From: a bacterium
GTDB lineage: Bacteria > UBA10199 > 2-02-FULL-44-16 > JAAZCA01
Length of the DNA: 64,000 nt
NCBI GenBank assembly: GCA_963674695.2
Contig: CAXXGI010000003.1
Coordinates: 576,001 to 640,000, forward strand
Reading direction: 5' to 3'
The notes beneath the pieces are model-generated. The model was not told where the DNA came from. It made no database searches and was given only the letters and a program-made list of their open reading frames with translations. The position numbers and the translations under genes are program-made. Below, one piece after another: positions 28,757 through 40,323 of the stretch (position 1 is the stretch's first letter; each line of letters opens with the position of its first letter).

Positions 28757-30538
28757 TCATCTCTCCTGATAAAGCCCCTCCAGTGCCTCGCTGTATTTTT
28801 CGCAGATCGCCTTGCGCCTGACCTTCATGCTGGGGGTCAGCTCTCCCCCTTCGATCGTGAAGGGTTCATCGAGGATGATGAAGCGCTTGACCGTCTCGTA
28901 GGCGGAGAGCCCCTCATTACCGCGCTGCACGACTTCCTCGACGAGCCTTTGAACCTCCGGATGTTGCGAGAGCGGTTCTTTATCGCGAAGGGGGATCCCC
29001 CTCTCCCTCAGGATTGAGCGCACGCCCTCCTCGTTGAGGGTGATGAGCGCGGAGATGAACCGGCGCCCTTCTCCACAGAGGAGAAAATGGTCGATCAGCG
29101 GCGAGGCACTCATGACCCGCTCGATCGGCTGTGGAGCGACGTTCTTGCCGCCAGCGGTGATGATGATGTCCTTGCATCGGCCGGTGATACGGATGAAGCC
29201 GTCGCGCGAATACTCCCCGAGATCGCCGGTGCGAAACCAGCCATCCTCGGTGAAGGCCGTGCGCGTCTCCTCCGGAAGCCCGAGATATTCGCGAAAGACC
29301 GTGGGGCCGCGGATGAGCAACTCACCCTCTTTGGAGATGGTCAGCTCCACCCCCGGCAGGGGTTTGCCCACCGTTCCGAAATGGTAATCGTCCGGACTGT
29401 TGACCGTTGCCGCGGCAAAGGTCTCGGTGAGACCATATCCTTCCTGCACGAGGATGCCGACGGCATGGAAGAACTCCGCGATCTCCTGCGGGAGGTAGGC
29501 GCCACCACAGATAAAGGTGTGCAATCGGCCCCCGAGTCGTCTCCGAAGGCGGCGAAAGAAGAGCAGGTCGGCCAGGCGCCAGCGAAGCGCAAGCCAGGTC
29601 CCGACGGGCCGGTGCTTTTGGAGCAACTGGCTGCGCTTTCGGCCGATGGCGAGTGACCATGTCACGAGTTGCCGAAACGGCGTGGCCAGCCCCTGCCGGT
29701 AGATACCGACGTTCTCGTAGATCTTCTCGAGCATGCGGGGAACGGCACAGACAAAATGCGGGCGTGTCTCGACATAATTCTCGGCGAGCTTGGCGATGCT
29801 CTCGGCAAAGACCGCTTCGCACCCCTGGATCAGCTGATAGAACTGCATCATGCGCCCCAGGACGTGTGCCAGCGGGAGGCAGAGAAGGCCCACATCCGTG
29901 GTGGCGAAGCGAAAGACCTCCTGGTCGGCACGAATCTCCGCCTGCAGGTTTCCATGCGACAGGACGACCCCCTTGAGCCGTCCGGTCGTGCCGCTGGTAT
30001 AGACGATCGTGGCGATCTCCTCGCTGGAGATCCCATGGAGAAACGACTCGATCTGGCAGCGGTCGTCATCGGTCGCCTCTTGTTCCAGATCGAGCATCGT
30101 CCGATATTCCGCTATCGGTTTGAGGGTGAACAGGGGAATGGACGACAATGCGGGATCCGATGCGACGGCCCCCTGATACGTGCGCAAAAGGCCTTCATCC
30201 TCGACGATCGCCATCGAGGGCTCTGAATCCTTCAGGATATGGGCCACCCCCTCGGCATTCAACGAGGGGTAGATCGGTACGGTGACACCGCCCGCAGCGA
30301 GAATGGCGCAGTCGGCCTGGGTCCACCCGAGGCAGGTCTGGGCGAAGAGGACGACCCGCTCTCCGCGTTTGAGCCCTATTTTTTTGAGACTCGCGGCCTG
30401 ACCCAGGATGGACTGGGCCATCTGCGTCCAGTTCAGGGTCTGCCACGCCCCTGCCTCCTTGAAGCGGACGCAGGGATTTGAGCCTCTTCTCCCAGCGGTC
30501 TCCAGAAAGGCGGCGATGACGTTTTCGCTCCTGCTCAT
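28757..30538 (-). CDS. Long-chain fatty acid--CoA ligase
   Basis: YTSGTTGRLKG, EGYGLTET, GWFRTGDLG. Confidence 0.93.
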   Translation of the reverse strand: MSRSENVIAAFLETAGRRGSNPCVRFKEAGAWQTLNWTQMAQSILGQAASLKKIGLKRGERVVLFAQTCLGWTQADCAILAAGGVTVPIYPSLNAEGVAHILKDSEPSMAIVEDEGLLRTYQGAVASDPALSSIPLFTLKPIAEYRTMLDLEQEATDDDRCQIESFLHGISSEEIATIVYTSGTTGRLKGVVLSHGNLQAEIRADQEVFRFATTDVGLLCLPLAHVLGRMMQFYQLIQGCEAVFAESIAKLAENYVETRPHFVCAVPRMLEKIYENVGIYRQGLATPFRQLVTWSLAIGRKRSQLLQKHRPVGTWLALRWRLADLLFFRRLRRRLGGRLHTFICGGAYLPQEIAEFFHAVGILVQEGYGLTETFAAATVNSPDDYHFGTVGKPLPGVELTISKEGELLIRGPTVFREYLGLPEETRTAFTEDGWFRTGDLGEYSRDGFIRITGRCKDIIITAGGKNVAPQPIERVMSASPLIDHFLLCGEGRRFISALITLNEEGVRSILRERGIPLRDKEPLSQHPEVQRLVEEVVQRGNEGLSAYETVKRFIILDEPFTIEGGELTPSMKVRRKAICEKYSEALEGLYQER

Positions 30539-30569
30539 ATCTCTTTCCCCCCGTAGATCTCCTCGAAAA

Positions 30570-30962
30570 TCAGCGAAAGGCATCGAGGAGGCACTCGATC
30601 TGCACTTCATCAGCCGCAAATACGATCCCAATTACATCGTAATAACAAGGCGGTAGATCGTTACCGTTAAAGCTCTTTCTGTGCTGTGTGAGGTAGCACT
30701 GCGCCGCGATTCGGATCCGTTTTCGCTTTCGTTCGGTGACGGTCTCGAAGGGGGTAATCGGACTCCTGGCCCCACGGGAACGAACCTCGACGAAATGGAG
30801 CTCATCGTCCCGGCGAGCGACGATATCGATTTCTCCGCGTCGATACCTCACATTTCGTTCCACAATGCGAAATCCGCGCTCCATAAGGTAGTCTGCGGCG
30901 ATCTGCTCAGCCCGCGCACCTGAGGCGGCACGGCCACCGAGCCCGCCACAGGCCGAATTCAC
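30570..30962 (-). CDS. YraN (UPF0102) family protein
   Basis: AEQIAADYL...RN...GEIDIVA...FVEVRSR; start uncertain. Confidence 0.88.
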   Translation of the reverse strand: MNSACGGLGGRAASGARAEQIAADYLMERGFRIVERNVRYRRGEIDIVARRDDELHFVEVRSRGARSPITPFETVTERKRKRIRIAAQCYLTQHRKSFNGNDLPPCYYDVIGIVFAADEVQIECLLDAFR

Positions 30963-31026
30963 TTGTGTTTCCTGGCGCTTCCTGATAATCCCCGCGCACT
31001 TTTTCGATTGTTTCAGGAGGAATCTC

Positions 31027-31215
31027 ATGCCGCGTCAATGTGCTCTCTGTAAAAAAGGACCGCTCTTCGGTCACAATGTTTCGCATGCGAACAACAAGAC
31101 CCCAAAGGTATCGCGACCGAATCTTCAGCGTCGCCGTGTCGATATCAATGGAACCGTCAAACGTGTGGCGATCTGCACGCGCTGCCTGCGTACGGGTGCG
31201 GCCAAGATCGTGTAA
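31027..31215 (+). CDS. rpmB: 50S ribosomal protein L28
   Basis: CALCKK...[11 protein letters not shown]...PNLQ...CTRCLR. Confidence 0.97.
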   Translation: MPRQCALCKKGPLFGHNVSHANNKTPKVSRPNLQRRRVDINGTVKRVAICTRCLRTGAAKIV

Positions 31216-31368
31216 TCGTTCAAGAGTTCCTGTCCGAAACAAAGCGTTTTTGCCGATCGGTGTCATTCCCGCGGAGGCGGGAATCTCGAAGTGCTTGAAA
31301 AATCGAGATTCCCGCCTCCGCGGGAATGACACCCAAACTCTAGGAACTCAAGAACACAATCTTGGCTC

Positions 31369-33546
31369 TTACCCTCTCACGCGATCCACGGATATAATTC
31401 CCTTCACACGCTCCATCGCCTTGATGATTTGGCGCAATTGCGTCAAATCGCGGATTTCTACGTCAAAATCGTTTGTGGCGGTCTTGTCATCGTTGATGTG
31501 AATGGAGGCACCGGCGATATTGCTTCCCTGTTCGGTGATCGCCTCCGTCATCTTAGTCAGCATGCCCTGCTGATCGACGCAGACGACACGAATGCGCGCC
31601 ACGCGTGTGGCGGCATTTGATTTCTCCCACTCGACATTGATCAGGCGTTCGGGATCCTGGCCGAGCACCTTGGGACAGTCGCTCACATGGATGGAGACCC
31701 CGCGCCCACGGGTGACATAGCCGATGATCGGGTCGCCCGGAACGGGATTGCAGCACTTGCCAAAACTGACCAGCATATCCCCCATGCCGCCGACCTTCAC
31801 CAACCCCCGCGGGCGCTTGAGACGCCGCACGAGCTTGCCGATGACCGATTCTTTCTCCTTCTTCTGATCATCCGTTCGCAGCGCTTCCGGTGGCACAAAC
31901 AGAGCCACAATCTGGAGCGGCGAAAACTTTCCATAGCCGACGGCGGCGAGAATGGCCTCGGCATCATTATAAGAGGAACGATCAGCGAACTCCTTGAGTT
32001 CCCGACTCTTGAGCACCTGAGCGATGTTGAGCTTGTATTTGCGACAGGCTTTTTCGAGCAGCTCGCGCCCGACGGCGGCGCTCTTGTCGCGGTCCTCCAT
32101 GCGCAGGAAGGAACGAATCTTGGTCTTTGCGCGCGAGGTCTTGACGAACTGCAGCCAATCCTTGTGGGGATGCTTGCGCTTTCCGCGCAGAATCTCCACC
32201 GAATCGCCACTGCGCAGTTCATAGCGCAGGGGGACGATCTTTCCATTCACCTTGGCCCCGGTGGTGGAATGCCCCACATCGGTGTGGATGGAATAGGAGA
32301 AATCGAGCGGTGTCGATCCGCGCGGAAATTCGAGGAGTTCCCCCTTTGGGGTGAAGACATAGACGTCATCGGCAAAGAGGTCGAGTTTGACGGTATCGAG
32401 AAACTCAGCCGGATCGGAGAGCTCATTCTGCCATTCGAGCAGGCGCCGGATCCATTTAAATTTCATCTCATCCTTATCATCGATGAGGCGTCCTTCCTTA
32501 TACTTCCAGTGAGCGGCGATGCCGTGCTCGGCGATATCGTGCATCTCTTCCGTACGAATTTGAAACTCAACGCGTTCTCCTTGCGGCCCGATGACGGTCG
32601 TGTGCAGCGAGCGATAGTTGTTCGCCTTGGGCATGGCGATGTAGTCCTTGAACCGCCCCGGCACCGGTTTCCACTGTGCATGAATACAGCCAAGCGCTTC
32701 ATAGCAGCGCTGAATCGATTCGGTTACGATGCGGAACGCAACGATGTCATGGATCTGGTCGAACGGGATGTGCTGCGCCTCCATCTTGCGCCAAATGCTG
32801 TAATAATGCTTGAGCCGGCCGTACATCTCAAAGGGAATGCCGTTTTCCTGCATCTTCTCCCTGATGATCCGATGCACCTCGGCAATGTATTTATCGCGTT
32901 GTCCCCTTCGCTTGCGCACCTGTTCGTCGATCATCTGAAAGATGTCGGGCTTGAGATACCGGAGGCAGAGATCCTCCAACTCGATCTTCATCTCCTGCAT
33001 GCCGAGCCGGTTGGCGATCGGGGCGTAGATGTCGAGTGTCTCCTGAGCGATGGCCACCTGGCGCATCTCGGGCATGTGGATAAGCGTGCGCATATTGTGC
33101 ACGCGGTCGGCGAGTTTGACGAGAATGACCCGGATGTCCTTGGCCATGGCCATGATCATCTTGCGAAAGTTCTCGGCCTGGCGCTGTTCGGAGGTGGTGA
33201 AATGGATCTTGGAGAGCTTGGTAACGCCATCGACCAATTGTCGCACATCCGTACCGAAGAGCTGCTCGATCTCCTCGACGGTGGCCACAGTGTCCTCGAC
33301 CGTGTCGTGCAGGAGCGCGGTGGCGATCGACGGAACATCGAGCTTCATCTTCGCCAGGATCCCCGCCACCGACATGGGATGGATCAGATACGGTTCGCCG
33401 GAGCGCCGCGTCTGCCCCTGATGGGCCTTGGCCGCGAAGACATAGGCCTTTTTGATGAGATCGACGTCGGCGTCGGGATTATAGGTTGTGACGATATCGA
33501 GGATATCGTTCAGGCGAATCATGGATGTGCTGTCGTCTGATGCCAT
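31369..33546 (-). CDS. Bifunctional (p)ppGpp synthetase/hydrolase (Rel/SpoT)
   Basis: HD (LHDTVED), RFKDYIA, TGS, CC and ACT domains. Confidence 0.96.
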   Translation of the reverse strand: MASDDSTSMIRLNDILDIVTTYNPDADVDLIKKAYVFAAKAHQGQTRRSGEPYLIHPMSVAGILAKMKLDVPSIATALLHDTVEDTVATVEEIEQLFGTDVRQLVDGVTKLSKIHFTTSEQRQAENFRKMIMAMAKDIRVILVKLADRVHNMRTLIHMPEMRQVAIAQETLDIYAPIANRLGMQEMKIELEDLCLRYLKPDIFQMIDEQVRKRRGQRDKYIAEVHRIIREKMQENGIPFEMYGRLKHYYSIWRKMEAQHIPFDQIHDIVAFRIVTESIQRCYEALGCIHAQWKPVPGRFKDYIAMPKANNYRSLHTTVIGPQGERVEFQIRTEEMHDIAEHGIAAHWKYKEGRLIDDKDEMKFKWIRRLLEWQNELSDPAEFLDTVKLDLFADDVYVFTPKGELLEFPRGSTPLDFSYSIHTDVGHSTTGAKVNGKIVPLRYELRSGDSVEILRGKRKHPHKDWLQFVKTSRAKTKIRSFLRMEDRDKSAAVGRELLEKACRKYKLNIAQVLKSRELKEFADRSSYNDAEAILAAVGYGKFSPLQIVALFVPPEALRTDDQKKEKESVIGKLVRRLKRPRGLVKVGGMGDMLVSFGKCCNPVPGDPIIGYVTRGRGVSIHVSDCPKVLGQDPERLINVEWEKSNAATRVARIRVVCVDQQGMLTKMTEAITEQGSNIAGASIHINDDKTATNDFDVEIRDLTQLRQIIKAMERVKGIISVDRVRG

Positions 33547-33624
33547 TGCGAGCGTTTATCCTCCCCAGCGATCAGCCTAAGCTATCGGAAGGATTGCGCC
33601 TTTTCAAGCGCCTTTTGCCATTCC

Positions 33625-34191
33625 TCACGCTTTTCGGGTGGCTTCATCGACCAGGGCGATGAGTTCGTCGGCGGCCTGCTCGATGCGATCGTTGACGATC
33701 GTGCGATCATAGCGGTCTTTGAAGGCGAGCTCACGCTGGGCATTGGAGAGGCGCAGCGCGATCTGTTCGGGGCTATCCGTTGCCCGGCCGGAGAGCCGCC
33801 GCTCGAGTTCCGCCATGTTGGGAGGGAGCAGGAAGACGGTGATGGCATCTGGAAAGGCGCCTTTGATCGCCATCCCCCCCTGCACGTCGATGTCGAGCAA
33901 GACGTCATCACCCGCTGCGAGCATCGATTCGAGCTTGGCACGGGGGGTTCCATAGCGCTCGCCATGCACCTCGGCCCACTCGACGAACGCCCCGTCGTCG
34001 ATCATCTGCTGGAATGTCGACCGATCGACGAAGAGATACTCGCGGCCATCGACCTCCCCCTTCCGTTGGGGGCGTGTCGTGGCGGAAACAGAAAACCACA
34101 TGTCCGGCCGAAGCTCCTTGAGGCGAGCCAAGACCGTGGATTTTCCCGTTCCCGATGGGGCAGAGATGATAAACAATCGCCCTTTATTCAT
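33625..34191 (-). CDS. gmk: Guanylate kinase
   Basis: SAPSGTGKST, TTRP, EWAEVHG.RYGT. Confidence 0.96.
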   Translation of the reverse strand: MNKGRLFIISAPSGTGKSTVLARLKELRPDMWFSVSATTRPQRKGEVDGREYLFVDRSTFQQMIDDGAFVEWAEVHGERYGTPRAKLESMLAAGDDVLLDIDVQGGMAIKGAFPDAITVFLLPPNMAELERRLSGRATDSPEQIALRLSNAQRELAFKDRYDRTIVNDRIEQAADELIALVDEATRKA

Positions 34192-34311
34192 CTGCACCTA
34201 CTCAGTTGCTGGGACGATGGACGAAAAAGCCCTTTCGTCCTAGATCCCGGAGGGATCGATCGTCCCTCGTCCTAGCGAACAACATTCGCGATCGTCCATC
34301 GCATCATTGAC

Positions 34312-35187
34312 CTATTCGACATTCTGGATCTGCTCGCGCAAGCGCTCCAGCTCGCTTTTGGCATCGACGACGAGCTGAGAGATCTTGGCGTCGGAACCCT
34401 TTGAGCCGATGGTGTTGATCTCGCGGTTCATCTCCTGCAACAGAAAGTCGAGCTTGCGCCCAACCGGCTCTTTCTGGTCGATGAGCTTGGCATACTGCTT
34501 GGCGTGGCTCTCCAAGCGGACAAGTTCCTCGGCGATATCTTGACGGCCGGAAAGATAGGAGACTTCCATCTGGAGACGCTGTTCACCCGCTTCTTTTGCT
34601 CCTCCCATCCCCGAGGCCTTCTTCCGCAGGCGCTTGAGATGGGCATCGAGCGCATGATCCGACTGCTTTCGAATCGCACGCGTCACCCGGCGAATGTGAT
34701 CGAGCCGCTGTTTCTGGTCACGTTTGATATGCGCCCCTTCCTGCACGCGCATCTTGTTGGCACTGGTCGCGGCTCGCTTGAGGAGGGTTGCAATCTGCCC
34801 CCAGAGACGTTCATAGGAGCCTTCACGTTCCTCCACGCGCAGGATGCGATCCAACCCCACGGTTCCCAGAAAGGATGGCTCCTCTTTGAGTTTGAGCTCC
34901 CGCTTGAGCGAGCGCAGCATCGTCCGATAGCGCTGGGCCAGTTCTTTATCGATCGAGATCGTGGTGCCGCCGAAGAGCGATTCCTTTTCCCGGAAAAAGA
35001 CATCTACCTTGCCTCGCCGATAGAGCGGAGTGAGCACCTTGCGAATGCGCGCTTCAAGCACGCCCATTCGTGATGGAATCTTGATGCTGAATTCACTGAA
35101 GCGATGGTTCACACTCTTGATCTCGACGAAGAGTCGCCCCTTGCCGACCTTCCCCTCCGCCGTTCCAAAACCCGTCATCGATTTCAT
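34312..35187 (-). CDS. YicC/YloC family endoribonuclease
   Basis: MKSMTGFG, SVNHR, GRKLDFLLQEMNREINT, REQIQNVE. Confidence 0.95.
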   Translation of the reverse strand: MKSMTGFGTAEGKVGKGRLFVEIKSVNHRFSEFSIKIPSRMGVLEARIRKVLTPLYRRGKVDVFFREKESLFGGTTISIDKELAQRYRTMLRSLKRELKLKEEPSFLGTVGLDRILRVEEREGSYERLWGQIATLLKRAATSANKMRVQEGAHIKRDQKQRLDHIRRVTRAIRKQSDHALDAHLKRLRKKASGMGGAKEAGEQRLQMEVSYLSGRQDIAEELVRLESHAKQYAKLIDQKEPVGRKLDFLLQEMNREINTIGSKGSDAKISQLVVDAKSELERLREQIQNVE

Positions 35188-35342
35188 ATTTTCCGCCTTT
35201 TGTTGTTTTCACGTAACTATTCAGGTGCTTCTTTGAGCTGTCATCCTGAGCGAGTCCGGGACGGACGAGTCGAAGGATCTCATGAGATCCCTCGATTACG
35301 CCCTCCGGGCTTCACTCGGGATGACACATTTTTCAACTGCTC

Positions 35343-35987
35343 TCACCCTTCATACGTTACCGTCGTTTCGCCAAATTCGATCGCGTCCCCGCGACTGAGC
35401 AGCGTTGATTCAATTTCGTTCCCATTGACGAACGTGCCATTCTTGCTGACCAGATCAAGGATGCCAACTGCACCCTCCTCGGCAAAGACCATCGCATGCA
35501 GTCGTGAGAGGCTCGAATCCGTGAAGACGATATCCGCCGCGCGCCGAAAAATGCCGAGTTCCGAGCCGCCTGCTGGCGTAGTCCCCGTCGCCTTCTGAAA
35601 CTGTCGGCCGATGTACTGCAGGATGAGGCTTTTGGTGCTCTCGTCGAGCTCCAAGCTGATGTCGACATTGAAGACGGAGGTCTTATTCGGATCGACCTGT
35701 GCACGACCGATAGCCCGGCACGTGCCCTGCTCGACCTGAAAGCTCATATTGATGTCGGGTCCCTTGATCACCCGAAAGCTGACGCGAGGCAGTCGCACCG
35801 ACCCGCTCCCCCCGCGTGTTCCCGGGCGCAGCGCTTCTTCGACCGTCATGATGGGGATACCGTCTCGAATGGGATACTTGATCTTGCAGCGCTCGCAGGA
35901 AAGTGATTGACCGCCGTCGATATTTTTCACCTTTCCCTTGCATTGAGGACACGCCAGGATGTCGATCAACTTCGCGTCGAGCGCCAT
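35343..35987 (-). CDS. Trm112-like zinc ribbon fused to FHA domain
   Basis: LACPQCKG...YPIRDGIPIM; IGR...SRLHA...SKNGTFVNG. Confidence 0.85.
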   Translation of the reverse strand: MALDAKLIDILACPQCKGKVKNIDGGQSLSCERCKIKYPIRDGIPIMTVEEALRPGTRGGSGSVRLPRVSFRVIKGPDINMSFQVEQGTCRAIGRAQVDPNKTSVFNVDISLELDESTKSLILQYIGRQFQKATGTTPAGGSELGIFRRAADIVFTDSSLSRLHAMVFAEEGAVGILDLVSKNGTFVNGNEIESTLLSRGDAIEFGETTVTYEG

Positions 35988-35989
35988 AA

Positions 35990-36570
35990 TCACCTCTTTT
36001 TTCCGCGGTGTCGGGCATTGTACTGTGCGATGACCCCATCCGTCAAATCCCGGCTGTTCGGAGCATAGAGGACAATATCCTGCGATTTCTCGAGGATGAG
36101 GGTATATCCTTGCTTCTCCCCCAACTCGCGGACGATCGTGCGCAGTCGGCTCAGGATATCATCCGTGAGCTGTTCCTCTTTGAGCGACATCTCCCGCTGA
36201 AAGGATGCCAGCCGCTGTTGGAGCTCGAGATACTTCTGGCTATAGCGCTCCTCACGACTTCTGATGACTTCCACCGGAGCCGAAGCCCGATCGTCGTCGA
36301 TCGCCTCCTGTTGTGTGCGGAGTTCCTTCTGCAACCGGGTGAGGACGGCCTGCTTCTCCTTGAATTCATCTTTCAGGCGCTGTTTCGCAGCACGGCCATC
36401 GGTCACCTCGTTGAGTGCCCGCTTGAAATCAACATATCCGATCGTCGCTCCAGCGTCGCCCGTGGGTGCCTTCGCTTCCACCGCATGCGCGGCAACCGGA
36501 ACCAATAGGGCTATGGCGCAGAGAAAACCGAGTGATGCGCGGAAGAGACCTCGATACATGCGTACCTCCA
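35990..36570 (-). CDS. OmpH/Skp family chaperone
   Basis: Signal peptide, IGYVD, DLTDGVI; start uncertain. Confidence 0.88.
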
Positions 36571-36650
36571 TTGCCGACAGGTAGACAAACGCGGAACGCA
36601 TCTGATGAGAGCCTCATGCGTTCCGCGCTTGTCCTCGTCTGCTTCCCCGC

Positions 36651-37187
36651 TTACTTCTTGTTATATTTTGTGATCACCTGGCTGGTCAGATCCGTTCCTG
36701 GAGGGGCATATAACGCCATCTCACGTGGGACGATGATCGCATAGCCATCCTTCTGGCCGATATCCTGGATGATCTTCTGAATCTTTTCGCTGATCGGCTT
36801 GATGAGGCTGGCTTCCTTCTCAGAAAAGGATTTTTCAAAATCGACGCTCATGCGCTGCAGCTCCATGAACTTCTGCTGAAACTGCATCTCCTTCTCCTTG
36901 AGCGCTTCCGCCGAATAGGTCAGGCGCTGCTTCTCAAGGTTCTCCTTCATCTTCTTCAATTCGTTCTGCAGGATCTCGAGCTTCTGGCGCTTGGCCTTTC
37001 CGTCCGCTTCGAGTTTGGAGCGAGCCTGCTTGCCTTCGTTGACCTCATTCAGACAGCGATTGAGATCGACATAACCGACTTTCGATGCCGTACCCGCTGC
37101 CGCAGAGGCCTGCGCCTTCGCGATCTGGACCGTCGTCACCGCAAGCACCAGTAGAACCACCGCCATCACTGAAATTGCTTTTTTCAT
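36651..37187 (-). CDS. OmpH/Skp family chaperone
   Basis: Signal peptide, KVGYVD, DLTSQVI; follows bamA. Confidence 0.9.
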   Translation of the reverse strand: MKKAISVMAVVLLVLAVTTVQIAKAQASAAAGTASKVGYVDLNRCLNEVNEGKQARSKLEADGKAKRQKLEILQNELKKMKENLEKQRLTYSAEALKEKEMQFQQKFMELQRMSVDFEKSFSEKEASLIKPISEKIQKIIQDIGQKDGYAIIVPREMALYAPPGTDLTSQVITKYNKK

Positions 37188-37272
37188 CTTTTCACCTCCT
37201 GATGTGTGTTTTGAGCCTCAAGGAATTTGGAGCCTATAGAATAAAGAGCCTTGGAAGACAAGGGTATTCTTG

Positions 37273-39599
37273 TCAGAAGAAGTTTCCGATCGTGAAGTTG
37301 AAGACCACCGAATCCTCTCCTGGACGACGCTCGATCGGGATGCCCCATTCGAACCGAAGCGGGCCCATCGGCGAGTTCCAGCGCACGCCAAAACCGTAGT
37401 CGAGCCGGAGGTTGAGGAGGTTGTAATTCTGGTTCTCCGAAAAGGAATTTCCGGCGTCGAAGAAGACTACGCCGCGAACGCCCGCCTTGTCATAGATCGG
37501 AAACTCCACCTCGGTGACAAACAGCATCAGCTTGTCGCCGCCGTAGACGAAGTCCTCGTCGCGGCCGGAGGGGGTGCGCGGAATACGCAGCTTCGGTCCC
37601 ACGGAGTTCGGATAGTACCCGCGAAGGCTGTTCACACCACCGGTGAAGAATCGCTCGTAGAGCGGCACCGGTTTATTGTTGAGGCTCTTGATGTAGCCGA
37701 TGCGGAAGAACTGCCGGAACGTGATCGTCTTCCAGATCGGCTGATAGACCATCGAACGAAAGTTGACGCGGTAGAAATCGTTGTCGCCACCGAGCTTGCT
37801 GCCGCTGATCTCCTGCCCCAGGAGATGATAGAGACCTTTGCTCGTCGTGATCCGGTTGTCACGCGTATCGCGCGCGAGGGTGAGGCTGATCGCCGACGTG
37901 ATGCCGCTGGCATCCTGCCGGAAGAGCTGCGGGACGATGTAGCTGAAATCGCCCACCTTCACCTGCTCAAACTGATAGCCGATGTTGGCTGTGCAGTATT
38001 CGAAGAAGCGGTGACCGATATTGAGTTCGCCACCGGTCGCTTCACGCCGGAAGTCGGTATAGCGATAAGCCGATCGATATCCAGAGACGCCGACGATCCA
38101 CTTCGTATCGAGAAAGTAGGGGTCGGTCAGCGACAGCATGAAGAGCTGGCGTTTCTTCGACAGCTCCGTTGAAATCGATCCACTGATGCCATAGCCGAAG
38201 AAGTTCTCCTTCTGCACGGAGGCGTTGAAGATGAAGTGTTCTGCCGAGGAGAAACCGGCGCCGATATTGAAGCTGCCGGTTGACTTCTCCTTCACCTCGA
38301 CCTTCAGGATCATCGTATCATCGCGACTTCCGCGCGGAGTGGCAAAGTTCACATCCTCGAAGTACCCCAGCCGCATCAGGTTCTCTTTGCTTTTGCGCAG
38401 TAATCGCTCGCTGTAACGATCGTCTTCCATCAACTCCATCTCACGCCGAATGACCTTGTCGCGCGTGGTCGTATTGCCCGTGATGATGATCTTCTCGATG
38501 TTGACGCGTTTGCCCTTCGTCACATTGAAGTCGATGTCCACGGTCAGGTCTTCATCGTTCGGGACGCTCCGCGGAACGATGCTGGCGAAGGCATACCCTT
38601 CATCTCCATAGGTATCGGTCAGACGCATCACATCCTGATCGAGGGTTCGCTGCACATAGATGTCGCCCGGCTTCGTCCCGAGCTCACTCATCAGTTCTTC
38701 GCGTGTGGTGAGGATGTCGCCGCTGATATCGACTTTGCCGATGCGGTACTGTTTGCCCTCGTGGACCTGGAACGTGACAAAGATATAGCGTCGGTCCTTG
38801 GAGATCGTCGTGCGCGGCGGTGCCACCTTTACCTTCAGGTATCCGTGATTGAGATAGAAATACGTGAGCATGAGCACATCGTTGCGCAACATCTCCTCAT
38901 CGTATTTCCCGGTGTTGGTGATGAACGAGAAGACACCCTTTCGCCTCGTCCGAATGTTTTCGCGCAGCTCGTCATCGTCGAAGACTTCATTTCCAATGAA
39001 CTGAACACGGCGAACCATCACGCGCTGATTCTCGCGAACATCGAAGATCAGCTTGGCCTCGCCCTCCTCCTGTGTCTCGAGATGATAGTCGACGCCGGCC
39101 AGATAATAGCCCTTCTTCGCATACGCCTCGCGAATCTTCTGCATCGATTCAGCCACATCTTCCTCATCGAGCACCGAAAAAGCGCGCTGCACGACCTCGG
39201 CGCGCAGATCATCCGCCTTGATCTTGCGGTTTCCGGAAAACTCGATCTCGGAGATGAGCGGTTTTTCGATGAAGATATAGGTGATGCGCGTGCCACCGGG
39301 AACGGCGGTGCTGTCGACCTGCACGTCCTGAAACTGCCCGAGCTTGTAGAGCGCCCTGATGTCGTTGTCGATTTGTTCGAGATTCAGCGGTGCCCCGACG
39401 CGCGTAGTGATGTTGTTCGTGACCGCCCCTTCCGGCGTGCGCACGAGGCCCTTAAAGGCGACCTCCGTGACGATGGACGAAGCCGCCAGCGCGGTCGCAT
39501 ACCAGAGCACCACCGCGACGATGAGCGCTGTTCCTGTGAGATATCTCCGCATGTTCCCCCGAAATGACATGAAAGTGCTCTTTCTGAATGCGCTCTGCA

Positions 39600-39603
<4 letters not shown>
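37273..39603 (-). CDS. bamA: Outer membrane protein assembly factor BamA
   Basis: POTRA repeats, TRDKVIRRE, SLRGY, SPMGPLRF, C-terminal Phe. Confidence 0.96.
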
Positions 39604-40289
<686 letters not shown>

Positions 40290-40323
40290 GAAATCCCTTT
40301 CTCCAACCCGCGCTTGCCGGGCC

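Noticed and set aside
36588-36628. Hairpin between the two skp genes as an ncRNA
   Set aside because: A simple stem-loop, adequately explained as an mRNA stability or termination element.
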